Positions 53,301 through 64,000 of a stretch of 64,000 nucleotides of DNA are shown piece after piece. Both the position numbers and the translations under genes were made by a program. Within the stretch, counting starts at the first letter, position 1, and every line of letters starts with the position of its first letter. The notes beneath the pieces were generated by a model. The model had not been told where the DNA came from. It worked only from the letters and a program-made list of their open reading frames with translations, and did no database searches. The stretch spans positions 758,917-822,916 of the forward strand of contig OZ316892.1 of NCBI GenBank assembly GCA_973895155.1. Reading direction: 5' to 3'. This DNA is from Marsupella aquatica. Taxonomy: Eukaryota; Plantae; Marchantiophyta.

Positions 53301-54722
53301 GAACGAAGGCTGAATGCTTTTAACATTATTCATTCATAGCTTGCAGAAAGGCCGGAGAATTGGTCTTCAGTCGCGTCCTCCCCCTTCACTGGTTTTCCTC
53401 GATTCCGTTCGCTGCCGAGAAATTCTCCAGAGTTTATCACTGGATTTCCTCATTTGCAACCACCCATTTGAGTAACTCGACTTGGTTCATCGGATGCACA
53501 CCAACACCTTTGGCCGCGCCGGTCTTCAGAACAACTTCACACGCATTCGATATCTCTTCATTCACGTGGCTCTGTCTTCTTCAGGAATGACATACTCTCT
53601 CAAGCCGCACACGGTGAAGTTTGGAGAGCAACAGCTTCAACTACAGAGCTGGGTTCAAGGAATCCTTGAATCCGTGCCCCGGTCCTCTTCGGTGTTTGTA
53701 CGATAGTTTCCCCAATCCCGATCTCTCTCTCTCTAGTCAGACTGAACTTACTCTAGAAAGGACGGCATTCTTCGGAAAGGTAGGCTGTGCGCGAGGTTGT
53801 GAAGCTGGATACGGAAGATAGCGCGAGCCACAGATTTCTTTGGGAGGACATAATCTGCTGGACGAAACCTCGGGAAACACAGGAACGATAGGATCTCAAA
53901 CTCGGATCAGCTTACTGCCAACCTTACTGCCGACGTTTCAAAGCAAAGAGGGGTTAAGAGAGATGCGCAACTGAAGTGGCCCTGCTGGGATCATAGTTGG
54001 CGATGGAAGGCAGAGCACTCAATGGAAGGCAATGGACAATGACTAACTGATAGCTATTCTATCAGTGAAGGTAAGCAGTGACATGACAGAGTGAGAACAT
54101 TTGTGCAACATTACCAAATGTAGGAAGGTGGTCCTGCGGCCTCGATTCTTCCAGTCTCCGGCTTACTTGCTATCCTTATCGTCCAAAGCAAAAGCCGCTC
54201 ACAATAAATCTGTAAATCTGCAAACAACGATGAATCCTAATGAGCAGTCCAGTCACGCAAATTCAAAATTGAACGGCAAAGCAAAATCAAACGGCAAATT
54301 GAACATCAGATTGAGCTTCGACTTCCCTTGCATTCACGTGCAGCCCCCTGCTTTTCCATGTGCCATCGCCGATCCACTTGCATTCCCACACATAACCCTG
54401 CTTTTCCATGTGCCATCGCGATCGATTTGCATTCTCGACTCGCATTCTCATGCAGATCCCCTTGCATTCCTGAGTGCCGCCGCGCCGCTACTTCTAAACC
54501 CTGGCTACTATTACCCGCTCACATCCTCCGCCGCGCCGCTACTTCTAAACCCTGGCTACTGTTACCCGCTCCCATTCTTCCCCATTCTCTCCAGAGTATA
54601 GTGGCTCACCCTTACGTTACACACCCCCAATTTTCTTACGCCCCCAGAGTTACGGGCTAGAGGCTTCACTCTAGGCCCTAGGTAGTGAACAGTAGACTTT
54701 AGTTCGCGATTTACTAGTAAGA
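47364..54722 (-). mobile_element. Composite Helitron (5' TC at 54722, internal second 5' end at 47775, 3' CTAG at 47364)
   Basis: Minus strand reads A|TCTTACTAGTAAA at 54722 and A|TCTTACTAATAAA at 47775, both followed by the same ~70-bp sequence; ends ...GGGTAATCAGGGCTAG|T; Rep ORFs inside. Confidence 0.7.
47810..49660 (-). pseudogene. Helitron RepHel N-terminal/Rep domain, frameshifted and truncated before the helicase
   Basis: LGRMNVVCPSCKALHW...CCSHG, IRAYNS, RRYNLP, ILPSSFIGGP, GKPDYFLTMTCNP, IEFQKRGLPH, ISAEIP, HGPCG, GYPTYRR. Confidence 0.92.
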
Positions 54723-54834
54723 TGAGTACATTTTTTTTAAATAAAAATAAAGTAATTGTACTGTTCTCTCCTCTTTCTCCTGCCCGATACGTTCTTTCAC
54801 TAAAGTATGATACTCCTTTGTGGACGCACTGTCA

Positions 54835-54976
54835 CACAGCTCCTTAAATACTAGGAGTTGTGGTTTAAGGAAGTCGCCGGTGTCTTCCCCAGTCCCATGC
54901 GATTTCACAGCTCCTTAAATACTAGGAGTTGTGGTTTAAGGAAGTCGCCGGTGTCTTCCCCAGTCCCTTGCGATTT
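54835..54976. repeat. 71-bp tandem duplication just upstream of the NAC-alpha ATG
   Basis: ctccttaaatactaggagttgtggtttaaggaagtcgccggtgtcttccccagtccc at 54840 and 54911. Confidence 0.9.
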
Positions 54977-55034
54977 CTCCAGACAACACTTTTGTTAGTG
55001 AGATCCCTCACTTCACTCGGGAAGTTTTGCAAAG

Positions 55035-56346
<1,312 letters not shown>

Positions 56347-56485
56347 ATCTACTGTATGGAGTAATTGTGGTGCATAATGACATGTTTCCTACGTGACAAG
56401 AGTATTATCTAACTCCCTCCCAACCAGATTTGCCATCAAGTGAGCTTGCTTGTCTTTTAATTTCCACTTTCACCTATCGATTTTG

Positions 56486-56519
56486 GTTTAGGGTTTAGGT
56501 TTAGGGTTTAGGGTTTAGG
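56486..56519 (+). repeat. Telomere-like (TTTAGGG)n tract downstream of NACA
   Basis: gtttagggtttaggtttagggtttagggtttagg. Confidence 0.8.
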
Positions 56520-58030
56520 CGAGAAGGGAATCCTGTGGTTCTTCAGTCCAAAAAAGGAAACTGCTAGCGTCTTGTTTTTGAGCAATCTACCTCTTTCCTG
56601 TCTGCATGAGGAGATTTTTCCACTAAATTTCATTGCGTCTATTACCGGCCATGATGTTTTGAAGACGTTTGGGATTGATCGTAGTGAGCCTCTCAAGCCT
56701 TGTTTTAGACCGGATTCCCCTGTGGACTCTTCTGGTGCTATTGACTGGTTTGGAGATTCTCACTGTTACGAGGTTTTGATACATAACTCAAGATTGAGGG
56801 ATGAGGTGTTTGCACACGGGTCACGTAAAGCAGCCGAAAAACTCTGGTTTTAATTATTTATGTTCACGGACTGGGCCAGGAAAGTAGACCCCTGATCTGC
56901 CTTGTCCTCTAATGAGTCAAGACAACGTAGACTAGGGCGTGAGTTGAGTGTAGTAATTGTCTACTTTCACAAATTCGTGTACGTCCAAATTGAGAGCAGG
57001 GGCTGGTGACACTGAACGGTCACCGCCACTTTTACGTAAGTGCAAGGAGATGCTCACTAATAGCAATTAAGTGTTTTTATGATTGAAAAGCTGGTCTCAC
57101 CACATTTTTGTACTTTGGAGAAGCCACACCAATACGCAAGTGCAGTCATAGGAGATTGGCAGACAATTAAGTAAGGGCATTTCCCATAGTTGCGGACTTT
57201 AAAAAAAATTGATTAGGGCGAGGAGGTTTCTGAGGGCAATCCTATAACTGAACGGGGCTTCACTTTTGTCACTAAATACCGGAGTGACAAAAGTGAAGCT
57301 AAGTGACAAATATGTACGAGCGATCCAAGGCTAATCAAGTAAAGATGACTAATTGAACTTTGTAGACCCACGAGAGCACTACTAGCAATGTCAAATGAAA
57401 CCGCCCATTTTAATTGGTGTTACTAAACTAAACCTGTAGAACCAAATTTTGGCCTCTATCCAAGTATCCTTGTTAGAGTCTTAGTGATACTAAGAACAAG
57501 TACTAAGCACGAGCACTTTTGGCCTCTATTGAAGAATTCGTGTTATAGGCTGAGTGTTACTAAGCAAGAGCTCTACACATGCAGCAGTGTATCCTCTCTA
57601 CACCTGCAGCAGCGATACTCTCTTCATGGAGGAGTTTACTGTGGACCGAAACTTTGTTGGTGGGGTTAATGTCTCATGAAATTTCTTGGTAGTCCACTTT
57701 TCACACCCATCTTGTGCGGTGCAGAGGGTTTATAGTTGACTCAGTTTAGTCAGGCACTGTGGGAACACAGTTTGGGCAGGGTGGGAATAGGCAGGATTAG
57801 ATGAATTCGAGTGCCTGTTTGTGGGAAGACTGGAGAGGGCGAGCCAGTATTTTGAGAGCAGGCGAGAAGTTTGACCCACCTGAGAGAGATGTAAAGTAAG
57901 AAACACCCAAGAATGGCCAAGTCAATACAAGACAACACATATAAAAGTCAGGACACCACAAATCTGGTCGAGGAAGCAGTTTTATAGTGTAAGGAGTCTG
58001 GGACCTTCAAGTGAATATAACGGAGTGGCA

Positions 58031-58206
58031 CTTAACAAGTCTTAGGAACATTGGCATTGCTTGCATTATGACATAAATATATCAAATACTTTGTCCTCAC
58101 CTAGTGGTAAGACAAATCTTAACAAGTCTTAGGAACATTGGCATTGCTTGCATTATGACATAAATATATCAAATACTTTGTCCTCACCTAGTGGTAAGAC
58201 AAATCT
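58031..58206. repeat. 87-bp tandem duplication
   Basis: cttaacaagtcttaggaacattggc...ggtaagacaaatct at 58031 and 58118. Confidence 0.9.
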
Positions 58207-58221
58207 GTAGATTGACGTGCA

Positions 58222-58764
58222 TCTTACTTATAAAACACCAACTACATTATAAAACACCAGCTACAAGTTAGAGTTGGGGCCTAGGTTTCTATAGTGAAAC
58301 TTGGTGCATCTTATTTATAAAACACAAGTTACAAGTTAGAGTTGGGGCCTAGGTTTCTATAGTGAAACTTCTACACGTGCATCTTACTTATAAAACACCA
58401 ACTACATCATAAAACACCAGCTACAAGTTAGAGTTGGGGCCTAGGTTTCTATAGTGAAACTTGGTGCATCTTATTTATAAAACACAAGTTACAAGTTAGA
58501 GTTGGGGCCTAGGTTTCTATAGTGAAACTTCTACACCGTAGTTTCATGGCTCACCATGTGGATAATAAAACTTATGGCTATAATATATGTCAAATGGTAA
58601 TTATGCATGTTTTTTTGTCATATTTTTATTTACATTAAAAAATGGGCTTTATGGCCCCACCATACATATGGGCATAAAAAGAGGGATCTGCATAGAAAGG
58701 AGGATCATGACTCTTTTATTGTCCTCTTCACTATTCACGTTCAATAACGGGTAGTTGGGGCTAG
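58222..58764 (+). mobile_element. Non-autonomous Helitron with four reiterated 5' ends
   Basis: a|tcttacttataaaacac at 58222 and 58382, variant tcttatttataaaacac at ~58309 and ~58469; 3' end ...ctattcacgttcaataacgggtagttggggCTAG|T matches the reverse complement of 47364-47420. Confidence 0.7.
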
Positions 58765-60169
58765 TCTTCAAGTAAGATTAGAATGCAATAGAAGCTTGTT
58801 ACATTGCCCATAGGTAGTCTTTCAGCCCCTGTCCCTAGGGTGAATCACATCACGCCAAGCAATGGACAGATTCATGGTGCATGGTTCTGCTACCATAGAG
58901 CCACAGCGGTAATGTGGAGACATGCATCAATGTTAGGTTAGCAATAAAGCTAGGAAACATCCAGACCATAAGATAAAAGATAAGGACCAAACCAGCTGGC
59001 TGCGAGCCATATGCCGAACGTGCAGATGGGAGTAAGTTTGAAATTACTATAGCAGCTTGAGCAAGGAATCTTGTATCAATGCTTGGGTACTTTTTACTGT
59101 ATTGTGAGAATACCATGTTCATATTTTGTAAATGAACTATGATTACACTCCTTTTAGTAAAGATCCTTTTTTCTCGCTCAAGTTTATGATTGACCTTTTA
59201 GGTGTAGAATATTGTACTATAGTGTACATTTTGGAGTTAAAAAGTGTATTATTAGAGACCAAAAAGTGAACTAAATAAAATACACTTTTAATGAATGGAA
59301 AGATAATACAGGATTTCCCTATCTTTCAATTGGCTCTGTAACAATGAGCCTACGCAAATACATATCCCCTGGGCCCTCACTCTTACTATATAAAGTGAAC
59401 CCCCCTGAGAACAGACACCCCCCATGTACCCCTTCTTAATATTTTTGTTCACAAAAAAAATCCCCTTGTTAATGTAAAAATATTAACTTTTCCTATTAAA
59501 TTTTATCCTTTTGTAAATTATAATATACTTTTTCAAGGAATTGAAAACATCCTTGAATTTTTAAAATTGCAAATATCATACTGAAATAGATAAGACTTTA
59601 TTTTGCATAGGGGACTTGTATGTTACGCCTTTGTTTAGGGTACATATTTTATATAGTTAAACAAAATTAGTACCAGAGAATTATAGTTCTTCCTGTAGTA
59701 TACAGACAAGCATGGCTGCACTATCCTCTCAGTGTTCCTAAAGCCCACGAAACCAAACTTGCCTTATGACGACAAATAATTAAATATCTGATTTACTATA
59801 TGAACATGTGCGCAAGTAAAGTGATGACATGTGTGCCAACCATATAGTGACATGTGTACTTGGCATTTTGGGTACCCTTGCATAAGATTAATCTGACATG
59901 TATTTGATAAGAGCCTTATTACTAATATTGTGCTGAATATATATACATGGATGTTGCCTACTTTAAAAACTATTATAAAAATTAGTTTGCATTACATTAA
60001 AAACACCCTTGCGATGTTCGCACGTCCTCCCTGTATTAGTAACACTTAGGGCCCAGGGTACATATCAAATCCAAGAAAGGTACACTAGCAAACAGTTAAT
60101 TGAATTATCAAGTACTTGAAAGCTACTGTGGATCATAGTCTATTGTTTAATGCATATGCACATAAAGCT

Positions 60170-60856
60170 AGATCATTGATGGGTATATAGATGCTGACTA
60201 TGCACAGTATCTGGACCAGAGAAAATCAACAACGGGGTATTGTTCACACTTGCATTGGATGCATAAGTTAGAGGTCTACTTAGTAAAAGTTCATAGCGTA
60301 GTCAGATACTACAAAATTAGAGTATGTTGCAATAGCAGAAGTAACAAAGGAAACAATTTGGTTGGATAGAGTGATCCTCAGATGGGATTGCCACAAGGGA
60401 ATGTGAAACTCATTATTTGTGATAATCAGAGTGTACTCCATCTTGCTGTAAACCAAGTGATGGACAGTAGAGGGAAGCACATTGACATCAAATATTATTT
60501 TATCAAGCAAATTGTCTTCGATAATCTTTTTGAGTTACTTAGTCAAGATTGATGATAAACTCAACCCGGTTGATGCCTATTTTGATTATTTTGGAAAGCT
60601 TTACTAAACACCGTGACGTGTATGTTGTAGGTTTTTCAATTGTGTCACAAGTAGGGTTTTCTTAATATTTATGTAATTATTTATATATGCTCTTGTTCAT
60701 TCCTATGTAATAGGCTACGACTTAGTTTTGGTTTGCTCTAGTTAGAGAGCGGGTTAGAGAAGGGAAACCAATTTGGTTTTCATCCAAAAATTTCTGGTGA
60801 GGAATCATATAGGTTAGTAGTATTACCCTCTCCTGGACCAAAGTGAAGGGGGAGAT
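60170..60856 (+). mobile_element. Ty1/Copia remnant: RNase H region and polypurine tract
   Basis: GYIDADYA..LDQRKSTTGY, CDNQSVLHLAVNQVMDSRGKHIDIKYYFIKQ; aagtgaagggggagaTTG at 60841-60858. Confidence 0.85.
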
Positions 60857-60891
60857 TGCTAGGCATTTACTCTTAGGTTTAGGGTTATGGC

Positions 60892-62230
60892 TGTAACCAT
60901 AGTTAGGTGTGACCTCAATCGCAATGGTGGACCTTACCAACCAGCGCCCTCACCAATCCCAGCACCCACGCCTAAGTGCCCTTGGTGCCCAAACGCCTCC
61001 ACGGAATACCTCAAGCAAGCGACCTAGTGCCCCTTGCACCACCAACGGCCCCTCCCATACGAAGCCGCACTTGCTCTCCAGTACACGACCGCTACTCAAC
61101 GGTCCTCACTATCTGCACAAGCCACCAAGCGTCTCGGTAAGTAATCCTTTTGGATCTAGAACTTGCCAAGTCTAGTATCCTCCCAATGCCATAAGCCAAC
61201 AGACATTGGTAAGTAGGTCTGCAATAGGTCCTCCCAATGCCATAAGCCAAAACTAGAACCCAAGCTCATTGTTCATCCAGAATAGCTTCTTCCTTGGGCG
61301 CGGCCCGGGTTCCCCCTCGTACCTATCCATCACCAACTGACCACCCTGACCCCAGGACATGCTCATGGCCCAAATAGTGTAGCTTGTCTTAAAGCTTGTC
61401 CTAACGCGTCGGGACCAGAATGGCCCTGACTCTAGCAACCAACTCCCAATTCTTGCCTCGCTGATGTTCTAGGGGCCAAGTGCCCTTGGAACTCAACCTC
61501 CATGCCTACTTGGCCTTGCCTCCCCAACGCAAGCTTCTTTGAGAGACTGAATGCGACTTGGCTGTTGTTTCAATAGGATTTGGCAAACGGGCGTGATAAC
61601 ACCCACAAACCTTGAGAACCTATGATGCCTCCAAACCCATTTGAGCTGAAGAGGATGTAGTCCTCCTTGAGATCTTTCCAACGCACCCAAGAAGTCCTCT
61701 AATGGACTTCCCGTTGGGAAGTTATCGCCATTTCCATTTGGCATTTTCTCTTAATGTCGCGACCACCGCGGCTCACGGCCAACTTTGGTCCTCAAATGTT
61801 TGGTCCACAACCCGGATCCTATCCTACATGTCTGGACGTGCCACCAATTGGCAATGCCCATAACTTCCTAGTTAAGCGTTCGCAAGAGGAGTGTCTTAGC
61901 CCGTTGTGATCGAGCCAACCCAATGCTCGTGCCTAGGCCGTCAGATCTCATCGTCGCTTGGGGCCCCCGATCGTCCAGACCCGGATCGGGCCATAAATCA
62001 CGCCCCAAGCGTCTGCTGCCCATGGCGTCAACTCCATTGGCCTTGGGCCCAAGAGTAGCTCTCACTCAAGCCCTCATAACTCAAAGTCTGTCCGGACCCC
62101 TTGAGTCCGGCCCTTTTCCCCCTGACCCGACAAGCTCTCATCTAGTCTAAGTCCCTAGTGTGTGTCACCAGCTTGGCGCCTTGCCTTTGCTAGTGCCACG
62201 TCTCATTGCCCACAAGTCTCCCCCTGCTAA
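60892..62230 (-). mobile_element. Possible 3' LTR with adjacent polypurine tract of another LTR element
   Basis: Minus strand agcagggggagact-TGTGGG at ~62228-62209; GC-rich body; candidate ...GGTTACA end at 60892; no partner LTR or TSD seen. Confidence 0.35.
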
Positions 62231-64000
62231 GTCATCTTCGGATTGCCTATCCGAGCTTGGACCATAAGGGAGCTTGGCGTCGGAGTCAGCGATGCAGGAG
62301 CTAAGTATTAAGGTAGTCGAGTTCTGCGTCTATCACGCACTGGGTTAGGTTAACATTACATCCCAAACGGTGTTTGCTTGGATAGGAGAAACTTAGACTC
62401 ATTGCTACGGAGCCAGCAAGGGAGTCAGTTGAAAGATAGGAAGATCTTGTATTGCGGAGACTCAAGTGGTATGACTGATGGGCCTAGAGTTCAATAAAGC
62501 AATCTCTTGTGTAACAACCATTACCGCAGATTGGGAGCAATGGTTGGCACAACACCAAGCCAACATTAAAATGATTGGCAATCTCAATCATAAGGTGGCG
62601 CATGATCTGCAGGCCGAGGTGGATGACGTCTCCAATGAGGCGGAGGAGTCAACCAGAGATAATAGCACCCTACAGACTCAGGTTACGCTATTGTTGACCC
62701 AAAGGGATGGGTCAGGAGATGCCTTTGACAAAGGCAGCTCTAGGGCCCAACCCGACAAGAAGATAAACCCAGGGCTGATAACATAGCAAAATCAGGGGTG
62801 GTTGAGGGAAAGAGCAATGAGTCAGCAACAATGTACAACATGATGACAGGGGGCGTCTTTGGGCTAATGTTAGTGACAAAACAATTGCCATTAGGCGTCA
62901 ATTAGCGGCACAATAGATAGGATTAGGAAGAGACTCAGTTAGGACCATTGACGTGGGGTAGGATGCTAATCAATGTAGTGCAAGAGGTAGACAGTTAGGT
63001 TCTAGGGATTAGGGTTGCAGGTCAAGTACGCAAGAATATTGACAGTCAATTGCAATAATTATGAGGACAACAACCAGTTAGGTACTTAGGCAAGGATTAC
63101 TTGTTGGAGGTAGTTGGCTCTTTTGTCACTTTGGCAAGTAGTATTCAAGGACTCCCCTGCCCGTGTGGAGGGGGACTTTCTGATTTCTAGATAAGTGGGC
63201 TAAGGCAACGTGATGCACGGGGAGTCCCGGCCTGAGTAGGATTAGAGATCACTTAGGAGTGAGAGCCAGAGTTGAGCTTGCCAGGTGAGAGCTTGACTCT
63301 GGCTCTCGAGTAATTTGTGGGGCTATAATCAAAGGGGAAGGCTAAGTTGATCTTTGTGAGTAATTTGTGTATTGATTATAATTTGCCTCTAACAAAGATG
63401 CCATTTAAGGGATGCACTGGGTGTAGAGTAATGGTTTCGATTGTAAGAAAGTGTATGTTGAATATGTTACGATTTCATATTGTTGGCAATGGCTTGAAAG
63501 CACGCAAGCCAGGAGTTAGTAGGATCACTAATTGTGGATATGCGGTGGATTCAAAATAAACTTGTGATATATACATATGTATAGGGCAGTGTCTTGGAAG
63601 TAGGTTTGTATGTGTAAATCCCCCACTACATCCCTCCTTGTTATTGATGATAAGATAACATTTTATAAAAAATGTTCTTTACCTTGTAACTTGTTAAGCT
63701 TTTTCCAAACAAATAAAATGAATGATCTTTACCTTGTCATTGTTATGTTACTTCAAGAACATAAATAAATATGTTATACTCTTTGGCTTTTTAGGGTTTA
63801 GGTTTTGGATGCAAGAATTAGAATACCATAATTAAAACAAAATCATGTACAATTTAGGGTAGAGAAATGAATTAATCTACCCAAATTTTGACTTCCTTAG
63901 CCCAATTTCAACTCACAACTTTCCAACCATAAGTCTTTGATAACCTACAATTAATTTTTATAGTTAATTTTTGGTTACACGCATGAATGGTCTTAGTGTA

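Noticed and set aside
56486-56519. Chromosome end or fusion site
   Set aside because: Only ~5 imperfect units; such short telo-box tracts are common in plant genomes

Overview
AT-rich, transposon-dense eukaryotic DNA, most likely from a non-seed land plant (spliceosomal introns, TTTAGGG repeats, plant-type L1/Copia/Gypsy/Helitron relics; the taxon is an inference). Only one clearly intact host gene is present: a 4-exon nascent polypeptide-associated complex alpha gene (55035-56346, +). The main discovery is a 20,648-bp terminal-inverted-repeat DNA transposon (11669-32316; perfect 19-bp TIRs, 4-bp TSD TAGT). It is inserted into a decayed P-element-like transposase gene whose reading frame is restored when the insert is removed. 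The element carries a Sola-like DDD transposase (+) and a divergently oriented multi-exon cargo gene (-). The cargo gene appears to encode a ParB/Srx-like domain, a degenerate beta-class N4C/N6A DNA methyltransferase-like fold, an acidic Gly-rich repeat and two FCP1/NIF-like HAD domains. Between the two genes lie a 50-bp palindrome array and a ~440-bp higher-order satellite, and the palindrome core recurs in the introns of both genes. The rest of the window holds two solo LTRs with perfect 5-bp TSDs, two 5'-truncated L1 copies, Helitrons, a MITE and Gypsy/Copia remnants. All domain calls come from reading motifs by eye; no database search was run.
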